A model generated the notes under the pieces. The model did no database searches. It worked only from the letters and a program-made list of their open reading frames with translations, and was not told the DNA's origin. From Raja brachyura (lineage: Eukaryota), in contig OY740820.1 in NCBI GenBank assembly GCA_963514005.1, positions 24,056,001 through 24,120,000 on the forward strand: DNA of 64,000 nucleotides. Reading direction: 5' to 3'. Positions 12,199 through 24,029 of this stretch are shown here, piece by piece; the stretch's first letter is position 1, and every line of letters starts with the position of its first letter. The position numbers and the translations under genes were made by a program.

Positions 12199-12306
12199 CT
12201 GGGGGAGGGGGGAAGGGAGAGAGAGATGGTGATTGCAGAGACCGATGGCACGGCGAACGTGGAGCTCCCGGCCGGCGGGGCCGCCACACACACACCGCTT
12301 ACTCAC

Positions 12307-12408
12307 CGACTTCGGGCTGGGCGCGGGTGCTGTCCAGGCCACCGGCAGCGGGCATGCCGGTGCCCCGGGACTGGAGCAGGCCTTCGGGGGCGCCGGTGCT
12401 CGGAGACT
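12307..12408 (-). CDS. TM2D3: TM2D3 exon 2 (low-complexity linker)
   Basis: Acceptor TTCTTGTCCACAG|, open 102-nt phase 1-1 exon (ESPSTGAPEGLLQSRGTGMPAAGGLDSTRAQPEV), donor G|GTGAGT. Confidence 0.8.
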
Positions 12409-12562
12409 CTGTGGACAAGAAGCAAAGGGGTTAGGCCCAACGCATCACCCCGACCGGGCCAAGGGTCTCCACAGCGGGAAGCGCCCGGATCCCCGGCCCG
12501 CACTCACCGCTGCCCGCTCCCATTAACGCCGCCATCAGGAGCAGCCCCGGCCTCGCACTCAC

Positions 12563-12635
12563 CGCTGCCCGTTCCCAGTGCCACCGCCATCACCATCACC
12601 AGCAGTAGAAGCTCCAGAAGCTTCCTCACCGCCAT
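12563..12635 (-). CDS. TM2D3: TM2D3 exon 1 (signal peptide)
   Basis: MAVRKLLELLLLVMVMAVALGTGS; donor G|GTGAGT, phase 1. Confidence 0.88.
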
Positions 12636-12639
12636 TGCT

Positions 12640-12740
12640 GCCGCCCCGCCCAATGAGGGGCAACCCACACACCGGCCAATTACATCGCAGAGAAGCCGGG
12701 CCAATCGCAGCCCGCGCGGAAAGCCACCAATCAGCGGCGA
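12640..12740 (-). promoter_or_regulatory. TM2D3 promoter: four CCAAT boxes and a GC box in a CpG island
   Basis: CCAAT at 12650, 12676, 12701 and 12727; CCGCCCCGCC at 12641; CpG-rich 12.1-12.75 kb. Confidence 0.75.
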
Positions 12741-12879
12741 GTGGAAATAAAGGCCGCAGATGCTGCAATGCTGAGCGAAAGCACAAGTTCAAGCAGACAC
12801 AGAGTGGAATAAGGCCCTTCAGCCCAACTTGCCCACACCCCCACACGCTGCCCAGCCCCATTCCCCTCCACACGCTATG

Positions 12880-13620
12880 TGTCGGAAGGAACTCAGATGC
12901 TAGTTTAAGCCAAAGATAGACACAAAATGGGACAGGCGGAATGGGTGACATTTCAGGTCGAGACTGAAGAAGGGGCTCAACCCAAAACATTACCCATTCC
13001 ATTTTTCCAGAGATACTGCCTGTCCCGCTGAGTTACTCCAGCATGTTGTGTCTATCCCCTCCACATACTGCCCACTGTGACCTATAGATGCCCGTTCCCC
13101 ATCACACACGCTGCCGTGGTTAGGCCATATTTGGAGAATTATGTGCACTTCTGGTCTGAAAAGAATGAAGTAGAACATTTTTAAAGGGTGGAGAAGATGT
13201 TCAACAGGATGTTTCATGGATTGGAAAGTAAGATAAAGAGTTTGGACTTTTCTAAGGAGTGTCAGTGATTGAAGAGAGACCGGACTAAAGCATATACAAT
13301 TATGAAATGCATAGATAGGGTACACATAGACTTTTCCCCAGGGCAGAACTGTCAAATACTCAAGCAGATAGATTGAAGATGAGGTGGGGAAAGTTTAAAG
13401 GATATTTGCAAGGTCAGTTTCTTTTTAAGCAGAGAGTAGTAAGAACCTGAAACGCACTGCCTATGGGGGTGGTAGAAGCATATATGTCTAAGAGGCATTT
13501 AGACAGGTGTATAAACAGACAAGGATTAAGAATATGGGCCATGTCCAAGCATGTGCAATTAGTTAGATTGGCATCATGGTAGACACGGACACTGTGGGTT
13601 GAAGGGCCTGTCCTGAAGGG
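12880..13620. mobile_element. Palindromic Penelope pLTR-derived element (12880-13055) plus degraded CR1 3' fragment (13110-13620)
   Basis: GATAGACACAAAATG...CATGTTGTGTCTATC inverted arms; CR1-type tail GTGGGTTGAAGGGCCTGT. Confidence 0.6.
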
Positions 13621-13740
13621 CACTGAACTGCTGCTGTAAGTCTACTGAATATTAGCAGAAAAAATTCGCACGACTAGTCAACTGCCAGGAAAATGCACAG
13701 AATCAACAATATTTTGAATAAATCAACAATCTAATTTTGG

Positions 13741-13746
13741 TTTATT
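13741..13746 (-). terminator. Candidate polyadenylation signal (AATAAA) of TARS3
   Basis: TTTATT on plus strand ~150 nt downstream of the TARS3 stop. Confidence 0.45.
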
Positions 13747-13892
13747 TTTATTGTAGTGTTACTTCCTCGTTGAATTTCACATCAATTCCTCGAATACATT
13801 CCAGCCCAGAACATCAAGGTTGCAATTCCAATTAATGAGTAATATATTTTAATGTTTCTGAATGCTTCCATGATACTATAATTCTTAGTACG

Positions 13893-14077
13893 TCACGGTT
13901 TTGCATCCGCCCGACCACAGACTAGAAGCTGGAAATCCTCCTGGGCCTTCGGGGCTCGTTGCTGCTGCAGCCACCTCAGCTGCTCCAGCGTTGCTGCCAG
14001 CGACTGCTCGACATACTCTTTGTTATCTCTCATACAGACATTCACTGTGTCATTCACCTTCTCTTTCTCTCCGACCT
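13893..14077 (-). CDS. TARS3: TARS3 last coding exon
   Basis: EVGEKEKVNDTVNVCMRDNKEYVEQSLAATLEQL...KAQEDFQLLVCGRADAKP*; TTCCTTGCAG| acceptor. Confidence 0.92.
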
Positions 14078-14669
14078 CTGCAAGGAAAAGAAGTGCCATA
14101 AAAATTGACCCATCTTTAGTACAACTCACCAACATGGAACAAAAACTTCAGCAAACTTGTGCAGTGTAAACATAACACACAAGGTCATCAATGCCCACTC
14201 CTGTTGATGTGGACGGGAATATCCAAATCCTCTACTACCCTCAGCCCTGTTTTACCTTCTCCCAGTATCTTCTGTGTGGGTCCCCGTGGCCAGCACAATG
14301 CCTCTGTCCCTCTGTTCCGCTATCTCTAGACTGAGGGCACTTGCCTTCCACCTCACCACCCTGTAGGCACATCTTCAAAGTAGGGAAGCCCACACTATAC
14401 CCCTGAAAATTCCATGGTAGCACCAAATTGATTAACATTAATTTATCACAATCAAGGCAAGGTAGAAATTCAACTGTCTGGTCGAGCCAGAAAAAAATGC
14501 ATCATGAATGTATGCCTTAGCTGGGAAATCGAGGAGTGATCTTTCCACATCTTCTTGAGGCAGTACCCAGGTCTGCCCCAATAGCTGCACCTGCCTGAAT
14601 AAGGGCAATGGGGCCGTGGGGAGGGCAGGCTGTCAAAACGAGATCTCAGAGCAGAGTGGTTTTGCCTAC

Positions 14670-14784
14670 CGAAGATAAAGTTGTACTGAGCGAGCTGGGA
14701 ATTCTTCTTCTTCTTATAAGGCACTGAGCCAGTGTCCAGGACCACATCGGCCATGAAACCAGCCCCAGTCAGTTCCTGACAAAC
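14670..14784 (-). CDS. TARS3: TARS3 anticodon-binding domain exon
   Basis: VCQELTGAGFMADVVLDTGSVPYKKKKNSQLAQYNFIF; TTTGTAG| and |GTAGGC. Confidence 0.93.
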
Positions 14785-14859
14785 CTACAAAAAACGAGAG
14801 TCAGGAGCTGTTGGCACAGGTGGCACACGTCACCCAAGGAAGTTACAGCTTGTGCTCAC

Positions 14860-14929
14860 CATCCTGCCGTACTCCTCACAGCCAGGTCCAGCGACCACCA
14901 GGACCTGCCACGGCGACAGCCAGAAAGGC
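14860..14929 (-). CDS. TARS3: TARS3 exon (start of anticodon-binding domain)
   Basis: WPFWLSPWQVLVVAGPGCEEYGRM; CTAG| and |GTGAGC. Confidence 0.93.
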
Positions 14930-15389
14930 CTAGATTTAAACAAGTAGAAACTGCTTAAAAATATCACGCAAATCATTCAGTAATTAACGTTTTTTCATTC
15001 TATTTTAAAACAGTTACAGAAAAAGATAGGACTGGTCCAACCAATTTTAATGGTATTAGAAAAGGAAATTTCAGTAGGTAATTGGGGGAGGTTGTTTACA
15101 TGCAAGTGGAAGGCTTTCAAACATGAGATAGGTAGAGGTGTGCCACTATCCTGTTGTGCAGAAAATCTTCCAACACCTTACCCACCACTGATGTTAGGCT
15201 CACTGATTTGTAGTGCTCAGGTTTTTCCTTGCACTCACACACACCAATCTTCAGACACCTAAAGCTGATGTATGCCTCCTTATTTTTTCTTGACCATAAC
15301 CTCAATATCTCTCGTCTTCCATAGGTTCCCTATTCCAGCCATCCTTGCCTTTCATTCTATTGGAGCATGCTAGCCCTAAACTCTCCCTA

Positions 15390-16490
15390 TCTTTGTGCAT
15401 GGGAAATCATGTCTCATGATTTGATTGAGATTTTTTAAGAGGTAACCACGAAGATTGACACGATAATTTGTGGTATAGTGGACAGTGAAGGTGGTTATTT
15501 AAGATTACAATGGGATCTTTATCAACTGTGAGCAGATCGAGTTTAATTCAGATAAATGCAATGTTGAAACCACACATGATCTACACAATAAATGGTAGGG
15601 ACCTCGGGAGTGTTGTAGAACACAGAAGCCTGGGACAAACACAAAATGCTGGAGTAACTCAGCGGGACAGGCAACATCTCTGGATAGCATGGGTGACGTT
15701 TCAGGTTCAGACCCGTCTCCATACTGGGATCCGAGACCCTTCGTTCTGTAGGTCTTGACCCGAAATGTCACTCATTCCTTCTATCCAGTGATGTTGCCTG
15801 TCCCGCTGCGTTACTCCAGCATTTTGTGCCTATCTTCAGTGTAACCAGCATCTGCAGTTCCTTCCTACATAGAGGCCTCGGGATGTAGGTACATAGTTAA
15901 GTGAAAGTGACAACAAAGGTAGTCAGGGTGGTGAAGAAGGCATTCGGCATCTTTGTCTTCTTTGGTCAGAGTATGGAGTACAGAAGTTGGGACATCATGT
16001 TATAGCTACACAAGACGTTGGTAAGCAGCATTTGGAGTACTGTGTACAGTTTTACACGCCCTACTACAGGAAATATGTCATTCAAGTGGAAAAGATATAA
16101 AAGAGATATGAGGATGTTATGGTCTGGAAGATTTAATAGTTGGATAGGCTGGGCATGATCTTGGAGAGGTTAATAAAATCATGAGGAGCATAGATAAGGT
16201 GAGTCTTTTCCCAGGGTAGGAGACCATTAAAAAAAGCAGGCATAATTTTAAGATAAGAGGGGAAATCTTTCATAGGAACCCGAGGGACACGTTTTCCTCA
16301 CATAGGGTGGTGGATACGTGGAACGAGCTGTCAATTGAAGTGGCAGAGGCGGTTTTAATTACAATGTGTTAAAGACACGGACACGTACATGGATAGAAAG
16401 GCTTCTGAGGGATATGGGCATTGTGCAGGCAAATGGGAGTAGCTCACAGCAGGCACCTTGGACAAGTTGGGTGGAAGGGCCTGTTTATGT
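15390..16490 (+). mobile_element. Degraded CR1 LINE fragment interrupted by a palindromic Penelope pLTR-derived element (~15630-15870)
   Basis: CR1 RT-like remnants (GGGAAATCATGTCTC..., GAGTACTGTGTACAGTTT, GGGTGGAAGGGCCTGT); ~75-bp inverted arms ACACAAAATGCTGGAGTAAC.../GTTACTCCAGCATTTTGTG. Confidence 0.7.
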
Positions 16491-16762
16491 AACCCATTAC
16501 TATTCAATCCACATGCTCCCACAGGGACCTCCTGTATTTTTTCCCACGTTTTGGGAACAGGCTGGAGAGAAAGCCAGTTCCTACCTGTCGCCAGAAGCCA
16601 TTCATTGTGTGCTAGGCAGAGAGGTTTCAGCAGCAGCCCCCCCCCCCCCCCCCCAGCAGTTTACAGATGATGTGGAGGAGCTGGGCATGACAGTGAAAAA
16701 GGCCCCTGAACGGATCAGACATCCCAACCAAGGGAGTACTGTCTCAATTCCCCACAGGCAGT

Positions 16763-16790
16763 CTGAAGAAGGGTCTCGACCCGAAACGTC
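16763..16790 (+). ncRNA. Minimal hammerhead ribozyme core in Penelope pLTR-derived element (element ~16760-16856)
   Basis: CTGAAGA-A-GGGTC-TC-GACCC-GAAA-CGTC, identical to the cores at 3428 and 55321. Confidence 0.7.
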
Positions 16791-18224
16791 GCCTATCTCC
16801 TTCACTCCTTAGATGCTGCTGCACCCGCTGAGTTTCTCCAGCTTTTTGTGTAACCCTCCCCACAGGTAATGTTCATTCTGCTTCCACTGAAATCCCCCAT
16901 CAAAATCAGTCACTCATGTAGAGGCAACAACAACAAACCAGCCCTACCTTAGTCAGGAGAGAGGGTGGAACGTGGAAAAACAATTAAGACAAAGGTCAAT
17001 CTGGGGGCAGTGGGATAATCACAGACCAATCGCCCAGGGAGAGCCTGTGAGACAGACAGTGTGAGTATGGGTTCTGGTCTAATCTCGACGGCCCAGCTGT
17101 AGCAAGTTAACAAAGCATGTGATATCTGTTCTGACATTGATAAGTTCTTTATCAACACTTGTTAGCAACTGTCTTCTTTCATTCAACACCCTGCTGTGCT
17201 CACATCAGATCCGCCCATCCTGATACAGATATCAGAGCCCAATCCAACTGTGAAACTTCTCCAGGACTGATAATGCCTCACATACCAGACACTCCAACCT
17301 ACCCCCAAGATTAAAGTACACCTGGCAGAGGGGATTCAGAAAACTGGGTGGCCGAGTTTCTTTTGCCAAAGGTCAAGAAAATAAGTTTGTTGAATTTAAC
17401 AAAAGTTGCAAACTGAGACACCCCAAATGAATATCTAATGAACAACAGGATCAGATGGCACAGGCGCAGAAAATCTACCACAAGATAAATGGAGTCTTCA
17501 GATCTGAATGCTGATAATGAGATAATCAGAGATAATCCTAGTTACCAAACGGGGGGGGGGGGGGGGGGGTCAACCACACAGTCACTAACGGCAACACTGG
17601 ATGACCGGAACGACAAATTTAATTCCCCACGAAGCACGAGTCGTTAAAATGAGTTTTACAACAATCCAACCATCGCGGTATTGGATGACTCAAGTTCAAA
17701 TACCACAGATATTCAAGTTCCTGTCTTCAGGACACAGTCCATTATCCAGCAACTCATACAATGCTGTTTAATGCTCATCATCACCCTAGGTATCTCGCAT
17801 TGTCCATCCGTTCAAATTAAGGAGCTTCTAAATGGCAATGTCAAAGGGATCAAAGTATCCCCAAGATGACATTGGTGCTTCCAGGAATCCCACTGAGTGA
17901 GCCTGTGTTTACAGAGCTCCCAGCAAGGAGGTCACTGTTTGCCGAGTCTCGCGATGCTGATAAAGGCCATATTGAGTCAAAGGCTGACTCAATATCATGG
18001 GCAATCACTCCCTACCTCTGACATACTGTGGTTCACAATTTAATCAAGACTGATGAGATCTGGAACCAAACACTCCTGGCCAAATCCAAACTGTGCAGCA
18101 GTGAGTTGGTTATTACCATTTGACACATATTGGCAATTAGTTGGGTGTCAAGGGTTATAGGGTGAAGGCTGGAGAATAAGGTTGAGAGGCAAAGATAGAT
18201 CAGCCATGGTTGAATGACTGACTT

Positions 18225-18660
18225 GAATTGGATTGAATTGAATACATTTTATTAGCCAAGTATGTACACATACAAGGAATTAGCCTTGGTGCTTTGCTCG
18301 CAAGTAACAACACGATATACAGCAGACAATTAAAAATAATACATTGTAATTTAAACATGTGAAGAATTAAATAAAATACCAGAGCAAAAGGAGGCTACAG
18401 ACTTTTGGCTGTTGAGTAGAGCTATTATTTGTGGAAAAAAAACTGTTTTTACATCTGGCTGTGGTGGCTTTGACAGTCAGGAGTCACCTTCCCGAGGGAA
18501 GTGTTTCAAAGAGTTTGTGGCCAGGTTGAGAGGGGTCAGAGATAATCTTACCCACTCGCTTCCTGGCCCTTGCAGTGTACAGTTCGTCAATGGGGGAAAG
18601 GTTGTAGCCAACCTTCTCGGCTGATCGAACGATGCACTGCAGCCTCCGGATGTCATGTCG
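18225..18660 (-). mobile_element. LINE 3' end (Rex/Babar-like) with (TTGAA)n tail
   Basis: TTGAA repeats then ACATTTTATT (AATAAA on minus) and HPLTPLNLATNS...FP-like RT-tail remnant. Confidence 0.5.
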
Positions 18661-19271
18661 CATGGCCTAATTCTGCTCCTATCACTTATGAGCAAGAGTT
18701 GATGGCAGGGCCCCATGACTTTATCATTGCCTCAGTTTAGATTAGTTGGATGGTAATCACCCCATTGGATTTGTCATGCTCCTCGTGAACAGGACACAAC
18801 TGGGCAAGTTTCCCTACGGTGCGGTCAGATGGCAGTGTTGTAACATTGGAACAGTTTGACAAGAGGCATGTCTAGTTCTGGTGTACAGGGTTTCAGTACT
18901 GGACATGGGATCTTGTCTAGTCCAGCAACCTGTGCCATATCTGTGCTCTCAACCAGTAACTGACATCATATGGAATACATTGTATTGGCAGGCGAGTGGT
19001 CTCTGTGACACACGCGGGCAGCAAATGCACCTCTGCATGAAGCTAAGATGGATCATCTGTTCGGCTTTTCTGGTTGAATATAATAATGAATTCCTTCGTC
19101 ACATCACTTGCACCGTCCACAAAGTGACAAATCCAACAAAGCACTTGATGCAACACCACGCACATAACCTTGGACAGGATTCCCCACAGAGCCAATAACG
19201 CAGTGCCAGGGTGACCCGAGACTCAGTGGGGAAACTCACTTGCCCTGTGCTGTTTGGCATTGAAGCATTAC

Positions 19272-19376
19272 CATTTCCCAGCATAGTCCTCAGCAAGGAT
19301 AGCCACCATGCGTTCCAGCGATCCGAGCACAGCACGATGGATGATAACTGGGCGGTTCTCATCCGCTCCATCCTTG
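19272..19376 (-). CDS. TARS3: TARS3 catalytic-core exon (motif 3)
   Basis: [35 protein letters not shown]. Confidence 0.96.
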
Positions 19377-19800
19377 CTACAAACAGAAAGTTGAATCAGC
19401 AACATATGCACACTACACCAACCCTCCCATTGCATCTCTAGTGTTAGTGGTGAGTGGGAGCGGTCAGTACCCTGATGTCATAGCACAACCCAAAAAAACT
19501 ATTCAACCCAAGCCTGGCATTCTGTCAAACGCATGCACTGTGTTCCAGGGCAGAATGGAAAGTGACTATTTCCATTCCCCATGATCCAGCTCCCCAAGCT
19601 CATTCATGTAAAACACTATGACCATCTACACTGCCATCAGTCTGCCCGGTGCTGCATTTACCCACAGACTCATCTTTGCATGTTCCTCTCCACCACCCAC
19701 AGGCAAGGACAGGTAGGAAGGGAGCAGATACGTTTATTTCCCAGATTTAACATTTAAACACAGGATTCCAAGAAGTTTGACAACCTGAAACCACTCTCAC

Positions 19801-19901
19801 CTAACGTAGGTCAAATTAAACCGAATAGGAAGCTGGAAGTCCAACTGGATGGTGGCGCACTGATGGTATATGCCAAGGGCATCCTTCACGTCAACATCAA
19901 T
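19801..19901 (-). CDS. TARS3: TARS3 catalytic-core exon
   Basis: [34 protein letters not shown]; |GTGAGA donor. Confidence 0.96.
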
Positions 19902-19986
19902 CTGGAGTCAATTAGAGAAGGTAAAAGTGTCTGGGAGATTAAGATTGACAGCAGTCTCTCAAACCCCAAGTGCTCCCCTCACTAAC

Positions 19987-20064
19987 CTTCGGTCCGTAGA
20001 AAGCTCCATCTCCTGCACTCAGTCTCCAGGCCTCACCAAACGCATCCAAACTGCACTTCAAATG
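19987..20064 (-). CDS. TARS3: TARS3 catalytic-core exon
   Basis: HLKCSLDAFGEAWRLSAGDGAFYGPK; TTTTAG| and |GTTAGT. Confidence 0.95.
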
Positions 20065-20442
20065 CTAAAACAGCAAAGAAACCAAGGCTCAGCTCCAACT
20101 GATGATCATTGCTTCTTTTATACAACTTTAAACTGGAATTAATAAACCTTATGCTCATTCCGGTCCAGATGCCATTCACTGGAAACCAATGTCTACCCTT
20201 TCCAGCAGCCTGTCTGTGATCAACCCTCTCAGGTGACACAGCGTCATCAGCCTCTAAAGAAAGCTCTTTCTTTCTGGAACTTTCCTATACATCATGAGAT
20301 TTGACAGCTCCTAAATGGAGAATTTCAAATATTGGATGCCTGAAATGATGGATTATGAACCACTTGTTTTCCAGCAAGTTTCCTGGAACATCCAAGAGCC
20401 TTAGCCTGAATACTGTAGCCCCTTAGCCCAGTTATCACTTGC

Positions 20443-20580
20443 CTCTTCTGCTTGATTCCATGTGTTCAGGTCTCCTAAAAACATCTCTGGCCGTGTCGAG
20501 AGGTTCAGCTGGAAAGTGAAACCAAAGACTCCATACACCGAGCGCAAGAAGTTGAGGCAGCCGATGATCTCCTCCTCAAT
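20443..20580 (-). CDS. TARS3: TARS3 catalytic-core exon (GC donor)
   Basis: [46 protein letters not shown]; donor GAG|GCAAGT. Confidence 0.92.
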
Positions 20581-20903
20581 CTGGAAGAAGAGCAAATCTT
20601 TCAAGACATGCGAGCCACCAATTACACATGTCTCTTACTCATGATTCCATAGAATAAAGGCCCATAGCTTTGCAAGCGTCAGCTTCCATGAAGCTGTCCC
20701 AAAGCAACAGTGAGCACACCAACTCTGTTCAATGTCAGTGTCCCAGAGTCAGCACCTTCAGGGACTGTAACCCAGGTAGAGTCACACCTTCAGTGTATAA
20801 ATCACAACCAGTGCAAATAACTGGTTCAATTTCTGTTCATGTTTACGGTGCTACCATGGAGAAGAGGCTAAGCAGGGAGACCAGGAGGCACCTCATCACC
20901 CAC

Positions 20904-21066
20904 CTGCTCCATCATGCAAAAGATGTGGCCATCATCCTGTTCAAATCGCCGCACTCTGGTCAGCCCATTTAACGTCTCTGATGGCTCTCTGCGGTGAAGA
21001 ACGCCAAAGTCAGCGAACCGAAGAGGCAACTCTCGCCAGGAACGTGGGCGATGGCTAAACATCAAA
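20904..21066 (-). CDS. TARS3: TARS3 catalytic-core exon (motif 2)
   Basis: [54 protein letters not shown]. Confidence 0.96.
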
Positions 21067-22427
21067 CTGAAAGTGTTACAGCAGATGATTATTTCAACAT
21101 TCTTTACTAAACATGCAACAGAATTAGATAAATTAATGCCACAGAAATCTAAAATTAAAAAGCTAAGACCCTCCTAATGCTGTGGGAAAACCCCATCTGC
21201 TTTGCTCAACTTCTCCATGAAAGAAAATCTGTCATCGTTATCCAATCTGGCCAAACTGAGAGTGCAGACATGACACAATACGGATCACTGCAAATAGCCT
21301 GCGGAAAGGGTTTCACAAACAACTCAATTCAGGGTCAACCATGAATGGCTTTGTCAGCATTTCTAACCTCACCCGAAGAAATACACAAGCTGAAAAATTA
21401 GATCTCCTAAGCCAACCTCTGCCTCCACCTTCACATAACCATGACCTACACATGAGCAAAGGGACCAGGTGAATGCAACTATCCCATAACAACAGTGAAC
21501 AACTCTGACAAAGGATGTTGCTGGACAGTGATGAAACTTTGGCAGAGTTTCTTCGCCAAGCCAACAGTAACTGCAATGCCACCGCTACGGCCAAGGTTGG
21601 TTCCCCAAGTGGGACTTGGACCTTTGCATCAGCACATTTCACCGAGAGCAGCTACACATGTGCAGCAAACAACTAGGAAGGTAAATGGAATGTTGGCCTT
21701 TGTTTATGAGAAGATTCAAGCACAGGAGGAGAGATGTTAATTGGAAGAGCTCTGATGAGACTGCACATGTAAAATATATACAGGTTTGGTTTCCTCACCT
21801 TATCACTGAGTGACTACAGCAAACATTCACCAGACCGGTTCCTGCCATAGCATGTTTGTTAAATGAACAGACTAGGTCTGCATACTCCACAGTTTAGGAG
21901 AATGGGAGAAGACCTTGTTCAAATGTGCAAAATCACTTGGGCATCTAGAGGATGAATCCCAGTCTTGCTCATCATGCAGTCATGATTCTATGACGACAAT
22001 TACATCACACCCATTCACTTCAACAAGTGCCATTAACTCACTGCCTTGTTACAAATGCTTCAGCATTTAGATAAATAACTATTTTTGCCATTTGAACGTT
22101 ATTCCACATTTTGACCATATTTGCCATTTTCAACATTTTTCATTTCATTCATTGGGCAGTAATACTTTCAGCTACATGTTAGGACTCTAGGGCTTAATGC
22201 ACATTGCTGCATTGTTGCAAAGATCCACTGGGCTTTGAGGGAGGGCCCTGGATTCAGATGAATGAAGGTCTGTGTTTATCTGTGAAGCAGATTGGTAACA
22301 AACACCAGCTCACCCACACGACAGAATAGATCCTCACGCCAGTTGACCCCGATAAATCACCTGAATATCAGCCTAGACATTTAAAATAACCTATTTTTCA
22401 ATAACTGTTTTTGTGGTTCATATGTAC

Positions 22428-22594
22428 CAGTGGCCTGGACAGTTCATGGGCTTCAGCGCAAACATCTCCTTCTCCACATCAAAGCTGAACATGTTGTGGC
22501 TGCAGTGCTGCCAATGGCCGGACATCTCCCATAGACGTCTGCTGTAGATATTTGGAGAGATCACTTCATTGAACCCACGCTTTCGGTTCTCCGA
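22428..22594 (-). CDS. TARS3: TARS3 catalytic-core exon (motif 1, Zn-ligand Cys)
   Basis: [30 protein letters not shown]...[12 protein letters not shown]. Confidence 0.96.
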
Positions 22595-23207
22595 CTGCAA
22601 CAGGACAGACAAACAGTCAAACCTGACTTGCATCTCTTGTCTGATGGAGCTCCTTCTTAAGAACAGTGATAGAACAGAAAATGCTGACATTCAACAGGCC
22701 AAGCAGCATCTGCAGAAAGGGATGCAGAGCTAACATTTCAAGTCGAAGATTCTTTTTCATATGAGGGGTGTATGACCTGAGGTGTTTACTGCGTCGAGGC
22801 ACATCTCATAAATAGTAGCTCCCACCAGCGCAGCACCAATACTTGACAGCAATTGGTCATAATTTTCCACCAAACCCCCAGCAGATGTTGCAAAACCGAG
22901 CAGATTGCTGGTTCTTACTTGGACCCAGGAAATGAGAGTCTGCAGTCTACTCCACTATCACAGCCCCTTCTTGTTCCCACAGAAACCTGTTGAGAACACA
23001 TGGAAACAGCAATCTGCCCAACGTCTCTCCTCCCCTCAGTCAATGGGATGTGACCGTAGCTACTAAATAGTGGAACCTGGGACCACCTTGATCCAGAAGC
23101 AAGACAGCAATAACCGAGGTATAACTGAGAAATTATGAGGCGTCTCATTGTTCATGAATCCACCACTCTAGTATTTTGATGAATAAATCAGTGAATGGCT
23201 CCCCTAC

Positions 23208-23306
23208 CTGTATGAATGACATCAGTGTGTTGTAAATGAAAGCACCTCTTGGGAGGAAGAAACAGCTCCCCGGGCTGAGTTCATGGAAGAAAAACAATTC
23301 CTTTTC
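23208..23306 (-). CDS. TARS3: TARS3 catalytic-core exon
   Basis: [33 protein letters not shown]; TTTCCAG| and |GTAGGG. Confidence 0.95.
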
Positions 23307-24029
23307 CTGGAAAGCAAATAGAAGTTAAATCAATGAGAAACAATCACATACCCTGTTTATTTTGATCCCACTGCCAAAGGAAATAGGCCCTTCCTATTTA
23401 CTCCACCCAGACCACAATTTGCACACCTTGATTAAGTCTTTCCACAGCCTTCACTGTTCCAACGGAGATAACCCTCCAATACGGGGCACAGGTAGCAGAG
23501 AGAACTATAGGCAGCTGTTTCACAAAGGTGGCCTTAGAGGGCCATAGATTAGATTTGCCCGTAGGGGAGTTAAAAAACAGAGGCTTAAGGTGAGAGGAGA
23601 AGATTTAAAAGGGAACCAAGGGGTAATTTTTTCACAGAATGTGTGGGTACAAGGAACAAGCCACCATTGGAGGTAGTAGAGGTGGCTACAATTCTGATAT
23701 TTAACACTTGGATAAATGTGTGGCGAGGAAAGAAATGGAGGGGTATAGGCTAGGCATAGGCAAGTGGGACTCGCTCGGTTAGGCAACTTGGTTGGCATGG
23801 TTACATTCAGCAGGGCCCATTTCTGTATTGTGCAGCTCTATGACTCATACAACAATGTCCAGTATGTGTCTGGATCAAATTAATTGGAACTCTCTTCTCC
23901 TCAGTGGCCTTTGCATTGTCCAAGCTCTTTTTCTGCCCATGCAGTGGTTTTCTTTCGCGATTTGCAAATCATTTTTAACCTTGAACATCAAACTGGAATT
24001 TAGAAGGATGAGAGGACATCCTTCATGTC

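Larger units (their letters stand above)
7936..12635 (-). other. TM2D3: TM2D3 gene (TM2 domain-containing protein 3), 6 coding exons, 249 aa
   Basis: Exons 73+102+158+175+76+166 = 750 nt in continuous frame; signal peptide, Cys-rich ectodomain, TM2 domain ending GPADGSLYI. Confidence 0.96.

Noticed and set aside
17551-17569. Long G/C homopolymers (also ~1659, 8641, 16637, 33619, 60230)
   Set aside because: Simple mononucleotide runs, with lengths error-prone in assemblies; no evidence of function.
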